From the NCBI GenBank assembly GCA_951406725.2, contig OX597834.1, forward strand, positions 9,362,001-9,426,000: a stretch of 64,000 nucleotides of DNA, read 5' to 3'. This DNA is from Octopus vulgaris (lineage: Eukaryota). The translations under genes were made by a program, and so were the position numbers. Within the stretch, counting starts at the first letter, position 1; each line of letters starts with the position of its first letter. The notes under the pieces were generated by a model. That model made no database searches. It was not told where the DNA came from and saw only the letters and a list, made by a program, of their open reading frames with translations. Below are positions 26,446 to 39,240 of the stretch, piece after piece.

Positions 26446-27088
26446 CATACTCATATATGCAAACATATATACCCATATACGCATATTCAAATTTAAGTAT
26501 ACAATTACATATATACAAGGATACATATATATATATATCCATATATATGATATATATAATTCATACTTTTATGTAGACATACGTGTCCAGAAAGATATCT
26601 GAGAATCGATTCCTGTCTAAGAATTCCTTAGCGTAATTTCGTATTATTGACTTCATCGGATTAAGCTTGTCATTCATGTCAACAAATTAGAAATTTTCGC
26701 CCTGGTCCCTTGTTTCTACAAACAGACTAATTCGTTAACCCCCACACACACACACACACGCAAGCACAAACACACACGAACACGGGAACATGATCAGCAC
26801 CTTGTTTTGGTGGTTTGTGCTGGGACTTCTGTGTGTGTGTGCGCGTATAACTAAATGTATGTGTACATATATGTATGTGAGTGTTTGTGTGTGTGTATAT
26901 GTCTATATACCTCTCTATATATATGTATATACATATTTATACGATTGTATGTGCATATATATACATATACGATCATATACATATATACATAATATCGTAT
27001 ATATATATATATATATATATACATACGATATATATATACATATATATTTCCTTATATATACGTATATATATATACATATATATCTACG

Positions 27089-27122
<34 letters not shown>

Positions 27123-27240
27123 TATATACGTATATATATGTATATATATATATGTGTATACGTACATATATATATATAGGTATATGTATGTATATATAGA
27201 TATGTTTACGATTATATATATACATATATATATTTAAATA

Positions 27241-27272
<32 letters not shown>

Positions 27273-27464
27273 TACACGTAGATATGCATGTACGTATGTC
27301 TGTATGGATGTAAGTATATGCTTTATGAAGACTTTGATCATTTAATTATGTATTGCCTTCTAATATCTATCTCAAAGTATATATAAATATGCAAAGAATG
27401 ACAGAGAACAACTATGTCTGTTTGTGTGTGTGTGTGTATATATACAGATATATATGCAAATGTA

Positions 27465-27506
<42 letters not shown>

Positions 27507-27635
27507 AATATGTATATATGTATATACATATATACATATATATACAAATATGTATATATATGTATATATATATATATACATACATATATACATATATATA
27601 CAAATATGTATATATATGTATATATATATACATAA

Positions 27636-27716
<81 letters not shown>

Positions 27717-27734
27717 CATATATACATACATATA

Positions 27735-27784
<50 letters not shown>

Positions 27785-27816
27785 CATACATATATACATA
27801 CATATATATATATACA

Positions 27817-27877
<61 letters not shown>

Positions 27878-27905
27878 ATATATTAAAGAGAGAGAGAGAG
27901 AGAAA
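26130..27905. repeat. Three long (TA)-based compound microsatellite blocks (26130-26560, 26870-27280, 27440-27905)
   Basis: Directly visible; includes a recurring catgcaaacata(ta)n higher-order unit. Confidence 0.93.
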
Positions 27906-28492
27906 GAGTATGATGCAAGAATAATTGTATCGGTGTCTCCGAACGTGTACAAGAATTTGCATCAACGTGAAAATGCACTTAGACATCTCTTTCTAATTTA
28001 GACATAAACATATAATAATATGTAATATTTCAATACACGCGCACTCACTTGCAGACACACACTCATATAATTATATCTATACTTTCATTATGTTAAATAT
28101 GTTTTCATGTGTCGATGCCATACACAGTAATTTTAGTAAATATTTATACAAACTTTCGAGTTAACCGTATTTTTAACAAAAAAAATTAATAATATACTCA
28201 GACGTGTTGAGAAAGTGCTCGTATTCTTAACAAGTTCTTCCTGATAGGTGCAATTGTGGATGTAAAAATTCTGGTAGATTTGGTGCCATCTTAGCATGCA
28301 GTTTACCTCATCATGCGTAATCTTTTCAATGAGATAATCTCATCCGGTTTATAGTTACTGGACATTGTTAGAGTTCCGAGTACGCGTTAGATTTTAGGTT
28401 TGGCGGTTAGGGATTCGGGCTAAGTTCAGGAATATTTTGAAGTTAGGTTTAAGGCTTAAAATCGGGTATAAGGATTAGGTTTGAACTGATAT

Positions 28493-28902
28493 TATTTCTT
28501 TATTGCCCACAAGGGGATAAACATAGAAGGGACAAACAAGGACAGACAAACGTATTAAGTCGATTACATCGACCCCAGTGCGTAACTGGTACTTTATTAT
28601 CGACCCCGAAAGGATGAAAGGCAAAGTCGACCTCGGCGGAATTTGAACTCAGTACGAAACGGCAGATGAAATACCTATTTCTTTACTATCCACAAGGGGC
28701 TAAACACAGATAGGACAAACAAAGACAGACAAACGGATTAAGTCGATGACATCGACCCCCGTACGTAACTGGTAATTTATTTATCGACCCCGAAAGGATG
28801 AAAGGCAAAGTTGACCTCGGCGGAATTTGAACTCAGAACGTAGCGGCAGACGAAATACTGCTAAGCATTTCGCCTAGCGTGCTAACGTTTCTGCCAGTTC
28901 AC
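28493..28902 (-). mobile_element. SINE B dimer with 13-bp TSD
   Basis: TSD gtttgaactgata at 28479-28491 and 28904-28916. Confidence 0.92.
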
Positions 28903-29911
28903 AGTTTGAACTGATAACCTGACCGAAGTCTTCGGCGGGAGAATCTACGCAAAGTACAACAGATTGTTTGGTGGGAAGAGACAGGTTGTTCGGTTGAGCG
29001 AAGCAGAGGAGACTATGCAGGTGGTTAGACTCAGGAGAACAAAGGTAAAATGAGAATCAATACCTGAATAAGAAAGTAGAGAAGAATCACTGTGACCTTT
29101 TGATTGCAGCTCTCGATTTATTTAATGTGATGTTGCATCAGGAGTTGAAATCAAAACATCATATTAGTGAAATTTACGTCAATTTTACGGGTAGCTTTTT
29201 CGATTTTAACAGCCATACACCCTTCCCCCACCCCGACGTGGTACCTTTAAAAGCTAAATGTATTGATATGTTTTTGAGTTAAGGTTTTGGCCACAAAGAT
29301 ATTTTTGCAATTAATGTATCAGGGAACCAAAAAATTATCGATTTGCGTTTTGGGGGTGTGTATGTTTATATAGACATATATTGATTGATTGATTTTGTTT
29401 TCGTTTGTTCAATGTAATACTCAGTTACCAATAATATATAGATATACACTAGTGCTTACTTAACTAGATCTATGTATACATACGTATACATAAATTAATA
29501 AATAATGACATACAGCAAAAAAAAACCTACAAACTAACAAATATAAGAATTATGGTAAAAGTTTAAAGCTTGGAAAGCAAAATAGAGAAATGCAGGAATT
29601 CAGTATTTTAGAAAGGTGTCCTCTTCCTCGAAGGAAAGAGTAAAATAGGGCACAAGAACTATAGAGTGTGTATGTGTGTGTATATATATATATATATGTA
29701 GGGTGCAGCACAGAATTTTGTCAGTTAACAGGTCGCGGTCTGAAAACGACGAAAATATTGTGACAAATTAAATTCATAAGTTGCAGTAAATCTAACGGTT
29801 TTTATGTGTTTCTTAAATGGCTTATAAACACCTTCCACGTTGCAATTGTTTTCATTCCATCACACGATCTCAGATCAGGTCACTTGCTATGCAAGTACAT
29901 CTCCATAATAA

Positions 29912-29989
<78 letters not shown>

Positions 29990-30145
29990 CGAGAGGGGGT
30001 TATGGGAGGTAATGGTGCCATTGAGACCCAAAGGTGTCAGGTAACGCTGAATAAGTGCTATAGATGGACCGCAGTTAAGTTCCAGGGTGGGTGATTATGC
30101 GAATAAGGGGTTAAACGTTGGTCATATGTCAGCGTGTGTACATAA

Positions 30146-30298
30146 AAATTTTATTTCGTAATGAGATAAAAAAAAAACCCACCAAGGCTGTGTAGATTTT
30201 AGAACATTGATAGATAGAAGCTGTAAGACCTTCTATCTATAAATGTTTTAAAATCTACACAGCCTTGGATTTTTTTATCCCATTGCGAAATAAAATTT
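30146..30298. repeat. Inverted repeat (arms ~70-75 bp, 9-bp spacer) abutting (TA)n
   Basis: 30146-30220 versus 30230-30298. Confidence 0.9.
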
Positions 30299-30557
30299 AT
30301 ATATATATATATAACGAACTAGATTTTTGAATTTTAATTTGTATATAAGTACGAACAGTTTTATTCGCTGTGGGAAAAATAGAAAGTTGAAATCAGATTT
30401 ACGTAGTGTTAAAGATATAAGTGTGTGTCCTCGCAGATGAATTTAACACGAGTTATTTGTTACTTGATTTTTTTTCTCTTTTCTCCAAGTAAGAAGCAAA
30501 TCGTTGTTTATTGTGAAGCTTATACGCAGACTCCATTCCATTATGGATATGAACTTT

Positions 30558-30645
30558 ATACAAAGTGTCCATAAATTACCTGTACAATTTTCAAAAATTC
30601 AGAATAAAAATACAAATCTAAGCATAACACAACAGAGTTTACGGG
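30558..30645 (+). mobile_element. Possible Tc1/mariner-type terminus remnant
   Basis: TA followed by caaagtgtccataaattacctgtac resembles mariner TIR starts; no partner end found. Confidence 0.35.
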
Positions 30646-30762
30646 AGAACAAATGCAGATTTATTAGAAACATCAGAACACGTCTACGTGGGCTTCGTTG
30701 GTTGCACGCAAAATATCCAAGCAGTACAATACAAACATTTCTAGATGTAATACTCTTTACTC

Positions 30763-30976
30763 GCTCTTTTACTTGTTTCAGTCATTTGACTGCGGCCATG
30801 CTGGAGCACCGCCTTTAGTCGAGCAAATCGACCCCGGGACTTATTCTTTTGTAAGCCCAGTACTTATTCTATCGGTCTCTTTTGCCGAACCGCTAAGTGA
30901 GGGGACGTAAACACACCAGCATCGGTTGTCAAGTAATGCTAGGGGGACAAACACAGACACACAAACACACACATAT

Positions 30977-31022
<46 letters not shown>

Positions 31023-31190
31023 GACACGCTTCTTTCAGTTTCCGTCTGCCAAATCCACTCACAAGGCATTGGTCGGCCCGGAGCTATAGCAGAAGACACT
31101 TGCCCAAGATGCCACACAGTGGGACTGAACCCGGAACCATGTGGTTGGTAAAGTAAACAAGCTACTTACCACACAGCCACTCCTGCGCCT
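30763..31190 (-). mobile_element. SINE A, full length, low divergence
   Basis: Family match with internal (TA)n. Confidence 0.93.
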
Positions 31191-31374
31191 ATAATAAGGA
31201 TAATTTGTCAACACCCACTCTTTATATACTACCAAGAAATGCTGTTATGTACTGATCTTCGTATCATTCTTTCATTATGATAAATATGGCAATCGTAACT
31301 TCGATATCGTTCCATGCTTTGAGGTTTTTTAATGTATGGTACACAAGGATATACCGTGACAAGCAGGGTAATAT

Positions 31375-31690
31375 TGGTTTCAAATTTTGGCACAAGGCCA
31401 GCAAGTCCATTATATCTTCGACAGTCCTCAACTGGTACTTATATTATAAACCCCGAAAGGATGAAAGACAAACTCGAGCTCAGAGAACTTCAAACCGGAC
31501 AAAATGCCCGTAACCATTTTGTCCGGCGTTCTAAAGATTTTAGCTGTGTAACTGGTACTTAATTTATCGACCCCGAAAGAATGAAAGGCAAAGTCGACCT
31601 CGGCGGAATTTGAACTCAGAACGTTGCGGCAGACGAAATACTGCTAAACATTTCACTCGGCGTGCTAACGTTTCTGCCAGCTCGCCGCCT
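31375..31690 (-). mobile_element. SINE B: young 5' half next to an old copy
   Basis: gtaactggtacttaatttatcgaccccg..ccagctcgccgcc. Confidence 0.85.
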
Positions 31691-32489
31691 TTGAGTCCAC
31701 GCTATACCATTGATGAAGCGCCACTGTACAATATACTACTGTAATTGTTCCTTGGTTTCAGAGATCAGATCTCCGAAGTATGCAAATTAAATTTGAGGGA
31801 TTAATTGTTAATAGCTCGTAATTATCTCCCCCTTTGCCTTGAGAGTCGCTAAAAGCTGCCTCTCGATTTTTGTTTTCCCTCAGGTATACAAACGCAAATA
31901 ATTGGATTGCATGAGTGTGAGTGTATGTACACACATATATCCACATAGATATCTCCATCTATGTACGTAATACGTTTTAAAGACACACACACACACACAA
32001 ATGTATATATGAATGCATACACGCTCACACACACATGTATGAACACATACACGCTCACAAACACACACACATATATATAATTATATATGAATATGTCAGT
32101 GTGTATGTCACCATTTAAACCATTCGTCCAAATGCGTCTCATTGAGCAATTCGAGTTAGTTCCCTTAGAAACTTTCGTTTCTTAAAATTGCTATAAAACA
32201 TTTCGACGCGGAACCGAACACTCATTAACATTTGATTATTATTATTATTATTATTATTATTAGTAGTAGTAGTAGTGGTGGTGGTCCCTTGTTGATGACG
32301 ACTAATTCCGAGCCTTTCAGAATTTCTCGGATAGAATTATCTCAGGCTTCCTTCATGTGGGGTAGGTTGTGATTTTGGGACAAATTGGCAATTATTTCTA
32401 GCAGGTCAAGAGACCACTTAGAAAGCCTGTCCAATGAAATTCGACCTGTTAAGTGAGTCTCGATGGTATTTTGATACCAAACGCAAAAG

Positions 32490-33395
32490 TAGCAGCATCA
32501 ATAACATCATCATCATCATCAATGTCATCAGTGTCAGTAGTAGTAGAGGCAACAGCAGTAGTAGTAGCCACAGTGGCAGCAGCAACAACAAGAGCATTAA
32601 TAGTTGTAGTAATTTTATTAACAGTAGTAGTAGTAGTAGTTCTAGTACTAGGAGTAGGAGTTAGAGGAGGAGGAGGAAGTGCATTAGCAGCAGCAGTAGT
32701 AGTAGTAGTAATAGTAGTAGTAGAAGTAGTTGTAGCAGCAGCTGTAGTAGCAGCAGCTGTAGTAGTAGTAGTAGTAGTAGCAGCGGTAGTAGTAGTAGTA
32801 GTCAGGTGAATCAGTCGCTGCCAAGTTAGTCAAGGTTGTCGTCCTTTAACCGTTCCGATGGCCATCCTGTGAATAAACAGTCAGTTCCTTCCTGATCGAT
32901 ACATATCGATGCCATTGGCCCGGCTTGTCTTGCAAATGTTATTGGTTACTTAAAACTGTAGTGATTACGACAACCACCACAACGATGGTGTGTGTGGTGG
33001 TGGTGGTGGGGGTGATAGTGTTGGTGATGATGATGGTGGTGATGGTGGTGGTGAGGATGATGGTGGTGGTGGTGATGATGGTGGTGGTGGTGTTGGTGGT
33101 GATGGTGGTGATGGTGGTGGTGATGATGGTGGTGGTGATGGTGGCGGTGGTGATGATAGTAGTGGTAGTGATGGTAGTGGTGGTGATGATGGTAGTGGTA
33201 GTGATGATGATGATGGTGGTGGTGATGATGATGATGGTGGTGGTGATGGTGGTGGTGGTGGTGGCGATGATGGTGGCGGCGAAGACGATGACGACGATGA
33301 TGAATGACGGTGGGGTATTCGATGAAGATGGTAATGACGATGATAATGATGACATTGATGATGATTAGGAGGAGGAAGAGGAGGATGAGGATGTT
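32490..33395. repeat. Trinucleotide tracts (AGT/AGC)n and (GGT/GAT)n around a ~150-bp unique core
   Basis: Directly visible; these are the source of the poly-V/H/T/G ORFs. Confidence 0.9.
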
Positions 33396-33678
33396 AGTCG
33401 TTAAAATTTTGTTGGTGGTGTTCGAATGTTGATTTTTTTTTTTTTGTACCTTCAATGATAATTGTAGTGTGAAAAGTACTAATGGTGGCACCGGTGGTGG
33501 CAAGGGGAGCCGTATTGGTGTTCTTAGTAGTTGTGACATTAATGAAGCAAACAGTGGTACTTGTAGTAACTAGTAGCACCAACTGAATGGTTATTTTCTT
33601 AGTAGCAGCAGGAGCAAAAAAAGAAAAAAGAAAAGCAGTATTAGTAGTAGTAGCGGCTCTGAAGTTGCTAATATTATT

Positions 33679-34116
33679 TGGCAGAAACGTTAACACGCCG
33701 GACCAAATGCTTAGCGGCATTTCGTCCGTCTTTACGATCTAAGTTCAAATGTCAACGTGGTCGGCTTTGCTTTTCACCCTTTCGGGGTCGACAATATAAA
33801 TACCCATTTCTTTACTATCCACAAGGGGCTAAACACAGAGGGGACAAACAAGGGCAGACAAACAGATTAAGTCGATTACATCAACCCCAGTGCGTAACTG
33901 GTACGTAATTTATCGACCCCGAAAGGATGAAAGGTAAAGTCGACCTCGGCGGAATTTGAACTCAGGACGTAACGGCAGACGAAATACGGCTACGCATTTC
34001 GCCCGGCGTGCTAACGTTTCTGCCAGCTCGCCGCTAAATACCAGTTAAACACTGGGGTCGATGTAATCGACTTACCCACTCTCCTGAATTTGCTGGCCTT
34101 GTGCCAAAAATTTGCA
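33679..34116 (+). mobile_element. Old SINE B with an antisense young SINE B (33805-34034) nested in it
   Basis: TSD taaatacc at 33797-33804 and 34035-34042. Confidence 0.88.
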
Positions 34117-34132
34117 ACTATTATTATTATCA

Positions 34133-34164
<32 letters not shown>

Positions 34165-34167
34165 GAG

Positions 34168-34400
34168 GCGGCGAGCTGGCAGAATCGTTAGCACGCCGGG
34201 CTGTCTTCTCGTTCTGAGTTCAAATGCTGCTGGGGTCGATTTTGCCTTTCATCCTTTCGGGGTCGATAAATTAAGTACCAGTGAAACACTGGGGTCGATG
34301 AAATCGACTGGTCCTCGCCCCTAAAATTTCAGGCCTTGTGCCTATAGAAGAAAGGATTATTATTATCATTATTATTATTATTATTTTTATTATTATTATA

Positions 34401-34445
<45 letters not shown>

Positions 34446-34860
34446 GTTATTATTATTAAGGAGGTGGGCTTGGCAGAAACGTTAGCACTCCGGGCGAAAT
34501 GCTTAGCGATATTTCGTCTGCCGCTACGTTCTGAGTTCAAATCCCGCCGAGGTCGACTTTGCCTTTCATCCTTTCGGGGTCGATTAAATAAGTACTAGTT
34601 ACGCACTGGGGTCGATATAATCGACTTAATCCGTGTGTTTGTCCTTGTTTGTCCTATCTGTGTTTAGCCCCTTGTGGGTAATAAAGAAATAGGCATTTCG
34701 TTTGCTGCTACGTTCTGAGTTCAAAATTCACCAAGGTCGACTTTGCCTTTCACCCATTCAAGGTCGATAAAATAAGGACCAGTTGAGCACTGGGGTTGAT
34801 GTAATCCACTTGTCCCTTCCCCCAGAATGTCGGGCCTTGTGGCTACAGTAGAAAGGATTA
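34168..34860 (+). mobile_element. SINE B monomer (34168-34357) and dimer (34462-34860) separated by (ATT)n
   Basis: Family match. Confidence 0.85.
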
Positions 34861-34896
34861 TTACCATTATTATTAGGAGTAGTAGTGATAGTAAGG

Positions 34897-34951
<55 letters not shown>

Positions 34952-35310
34952 CAGCAGCAGCAGCAGTGGCGAAAATATCGGTGCTGCTGTTGGCACAATT
35001 AGTAGTAGTACTGCTACTACGACTAAATGTTTCCGCGAGCGTCTGCATGGGTTGTTCGACTTGCTAGAAATAGATGTCAAGTCACACCTTTACCATCGTA
35101 AACAAGCAAGGCACAATTAAAACCCACGTTTTAATTTTTGAACGCTTTATGAGATATGAACTCAATACACGGTGCCTAATGCTTTCTTCACATCTGACCT
35201 CAGAACCTCGTGGGCCCCTGTTTGGATAGATTTTATATTTGTATTTACTCTCTCACTCCCTCTCTTTTTCTTTCTTTCTTTCCTTCTTCCTTTCTTTCCT
35301 TCTTTCTTTC

Positions 35311-35344
<34 letters not shown>

Positions 35345-36184
35345 TCTCTCTATATATGTGTGTGCGTGTGTGTGTGTACGTGTTTGTGTGTGTGCGTGTG
35401 TGTTTGTACGTGTTTGTGTGTGTGCGTGTTTGAGTCTGTGTTTCTCCCTCCACTGCTTGACAACCGGTGTTAGTGTCTTTATGTCCCCGTAACCTAGCGG
35501 TTCGGCACAAGATTCGATGGAATAATAATTACCAGGCTTAAAAGAAAAAAAAAAAACGTACAACTAGGACACTTCAAGCCGGTGCCCCAGCACGGCCGCA
35601 GTCTAATGGCTTGAAGGAAGTAAAACATAAAAGTTGAAAGATAAAAATGACGGGATGGTCTAAGCTGGAAAGCCTCTGATTATGCATCATCTCGATGAGA
35701 TGAAGGTTTGACCGAGGGCTAAAAAAGTACCACATTAATATCAACAACACGTAACCGACAAACAACGAAACCAAAACACCAACACAGCTACAGCCACCAC
35801 CACTACCACCACCACCACCACAGATAAGGATATAAACAACTCCATCACCAACTTTAGTACTACTACTAACAACAACAACAACAGCAATAACAAAATGGCG
35901 GTAATAACTACAACAATATTATCGACAACATCTGCTACTACTACTTCTCTTGCTGCAGTCCCCAATGTTGATACTGCGGATGCTGCTGCTACCACTACTA
36001 CTACTACTACTACAACTACTACAACTACTACTACTACTACAACTACTACTACTACTGCTACTTGCCCATATTCGTACCAACTCACATATACATACGCATA
36101 TGCGTACGTTCATACAATCGCACATACACACATATACATACGCACGTATATATGTACATACGTATCTAATAACATCGCCTGAAG

Positions 36185-36242
<58 letters not shown>

Positions 36243-36466
36243 GGAGATACGCACACACACGCACACACAATTTCCCGCTCTATCTATCTTTCTCCCTCTC
36301 CATCGTCCTTTCTTTCTTCTGTCCTTCCTTCCTTCCTTCTTTCTGCTATTTCTGACACTTTCTATTCTCAACAGCCAGGACTTCCCTCAAAATATTTCTA
36401 CTGGTGATTTTTACCAATATCACTGCGTCATGCAATGCCGAAGTGCGTTAATATAACTCTATCAAA

Positions 36467-37300
36467 GGCGACGAGCTGGCAGAAACGTTAGCGCGCCGGG
36501 CGAAGTGCTGAGCGGTTTTTCGTCTGCCGCTACGTTCTAAGTTCAAATTCCGCCGAGGTTGACTTTGCCTTTCATCTTTTAGGGGTCGATTAAATAAGTA
36601 CCAGTTACACACTGATTTCACTATAATCGACTTAATCCGTTTGTCTGTCCTTGGTTGTCCTCTCTGTGTTTAGCCCCTTGTGGGTAGTAAAGAAATAAGA
36701 AACGTTAAGCACACCGGGCGAAATGCTTAGCGGTACTTCGTCTGCCTCTACGTTCTGAGTTCAAATTTTGCCTAGGTTGACTTTGCCTTTCATCCTTTCG
36801 TGGTCGATAAATTAAGTATCAGTTGCGCACTGGGGTAGATGTAATCGACTTAATTCGTTTGTCTGTCCTTGTTTGTCTCCTCTGTGTCTAGCCCCTTTGT
36901 GGGTAGTAAAGAAATAGGTATTTCGTCTGCCGCTATGTTCTGAGTTCAAATTCCGTCGAGATCGACTTTGCCTTTCATTCTTTCGGGGTCGATAAAATTA
37001 AGTACCAGTTACGCACTGGGGTCGATGTAATCGACTTAATCCCTTTGTCTGTCCGTGTTTGTCCGCTATATGCTTAGCCCCTTGAGAGCAATAAAGAAAT
37101 GAGTACCGTTAGCACGCCGAGTGTAATGCTTAGGGTTATTTCGTCTGTCTTTACGTTCTGAGTTCAAATTCCGCCGAGGTCGACTTTGCCTTTCATCCTT
37201 TCGGTGTTGATAAATTAAGTACCAGTTGCGTAGTGAGATCGATCTAATTGACTGGCCCCACTCCCGCAAAATTTCGGGCCTTGTGCCTAGAATAGAAAAG
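36467..37300 (+). mobile_element. SINE B tetramer head-to-tail array
   Basis: Units start near 36467, 36698, 36917 and 37101; last unit has the old tail; whole array flanked by aatataact(ct)atca. Confidence 0.92.
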
Positions 37301-37483
37301 AATATAACTATCACAGCAAGAAAGTAATTTCACATACACCGTTTCGATTCCGGATTGTGTACACTGCTTTTTCACAGTAACACTTGAATATCCCAATATT
37401 ATATATCATCTTATACGTCAGTTTATTTAGCTATCTATCTATTCATCTGTATCTACCTACTTATCTATTTATCTATATACATA

Positions 37484-37869
37484 ATTAATAAATCTCCGAA
37501 CGAGATGTAAACAGGTAACCGCTCGACAACGTAAAGTATACTAGCCATCTCAATATGGCTAACCACTAGGGGTGGGTGTTACTGTAGCTTTTAGCCCCAG
37601 GAGATCGTCGTCTCCAGCTGGCTTTAGACACACTTTCTGTGCCCTTTTGATATTTGCAAAGGGAGGTCATCCCCTCTCGAAAACCTAAGTGATACATACG
37701 AAACTATAGTCCGTATGTATCACTTAGGTTTTCGAGAGGGGATGACCTCACTTTGTAAATATCAGAAGGGCACAGAAAGTGTGTCTAAAGCCAGCTGGAG
37801 ACGATGATCTTCTGGGGCTAAAAGCTTCAGTAACACCCACCCCCAGTGGCTAGCCAGTAAACTTTACGT
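37484..37869. mobile_element. Fold-back insertion: ~45-bp tail plus ~340-bp near-perfect palindrome, 10-bp TSD
   Basis: Arms 37528-37706 and 37707-37870 centred on actatagt; tatatacata at 37474-37483 and 37870-37879. Confidence 0.88.
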
Positions 37870-38368
37870 TATATACATATTGTTTTTTACTAATGTTAGT
37901 CACTGGGTAGAGGCCATGCTGCAGCATTGAAATCACGAGTCTAAATCCCATTTTTCGAAACGTTAATTTACAGGTTAAACCAAAGCAGGGGAGTTGGCAG
38001 AATCGTTAGCACACCGCTCAGAACGCTTGGCACCATTTCGTTCCTCGTTACGCTTTGTGTTCAAATTCTGCCCTTGCCAACTTTGCTTTTTATCATAACG
38101 TTCGTCGATGAAATAAGTACCAGTAGTACACTGGGGTCTATGCAACTGACTTAAAACCCCACCACCTGAAAAATCTCATAATTGTGCCTTAATTTGAATC
38201 TAAATTACAGGCTAAACCACGCACATACAAGTGCAATGATTTCTTTGCCGTCTGTTGCTGCTGTTATTGTTGTTCTTTGTTCATATGTCTATGATCAGAG
38301 GCATATCAACCATGACCACTTCGTACTTCTTTCCTTATATATGTATATATATATATACACACACACAC

Positions 38369-38405
<37 letters not shown>

Positions 38406-38497
38406 AAGTTAATCCAAACAAGAAAACAAAAAACAACGCAAGGATGTGGAACAAATAAAGTATTATTGGACGCTCAGGAAAGAAGGGAAGAAGGAGG

Positions 38498-38532
38498 GCT
38501 TGACGTTTCGAGCGGAGCACTTCGTCGGAAAC
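38498..38532 (-). ncRNA. Degenerate minimal type-I hammerhead ribozyme motif
   Basis: Minus strand TTT-CCGACGA-A-GTGC-TCC-GCTC-GAAA-C-GTC-AAG: stem I, core variant, stem II, GAAA, GUC site. Confidence 0.6.
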
Positions 38533-38661
38533 ATAGGAGAAAGAAACATCCCGAGATGGGAAGGACAGAGGAATGGAGGCCAAACAGTCACATTCCTTTT
38601 TCTTTATTTCTCTGGGAGATGTCAGTTATGTTGATATAATTAAGTGTGCGTGTGTGAGTGA

Positions 38662-39000
38662 AGGAGTACGGCTAAGTAGTCAAAAAAGCACCGGTCTCAC
38701 AGCCATAGGGTAGAGGGTTCGATTCCCGGACCGGGCTGTGTGCTTTTTTCATTTCTTTTCATTTTTTTTTTTTTTTTTGAGCAAGACACTTTTATTTGAC
38801 GATGATCCAATTCACTCATCTTTGGAAATGAGTTGTGGCACCACTGGTGCCAAGCTCTTTCGGCCTTTACCTTTACTTTGGATTACATTGGTAGCGTGAA
38901 CTGGGGAGGCTGATATCCATGGACGACATTCCGGACTTGTGCTTCTGAAGGAAACTTTCAAGGTGCTATTTCGTGATCATTCATGACCGAAAGGGTTCTC
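38662..39000 (+). mobile_element. Degenerate SINE D with another tail type
   Basis: B box gggttcgattccc; ttgagcaagacacttttattt..ccaattcactca..aaatgagtt. Confidence 0.65.
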
Positions 39001-39158
39001 TCTATGTGTGTATGTGTTGTTGTTGTAAGTTACCTCCTTGGCTACAACAGACCTAACAAAATGGTAAAAGCGCGGCCCTGGAGGATGGCGAGGAAGATGA
39101 GCTGAAATAGCCTCTTTGAGGTTTCCATTCGAATTTGTAATCGTTCTCCGACAAAGCT

Positions 39159-39240
39159 TACCGTATATACTCATGTATAGGTCATTCTTGTATATAAATC
39201 GGGCCGCAAATTTAGCGTTAAATCGTGGTAGATTTTTTTC
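39159..39240 (+). mobile_element. Possible pogo/Tc2-like TIR remnant
   Basis: TA followed by ccgtatatactcatgtata resembles the ccgtatatactcgagtataag termini of pogo/Tc2-like elements (recalled); no partner end seen. Confidence 0.4.

Noticed and set aside
32925-33539. Poly-His, poly-Val, poly-Thr and Gly-Asp ORFs
   Set aside because: They are a (GGT/GAT)n tract read in different frames, with no domain and no splice support
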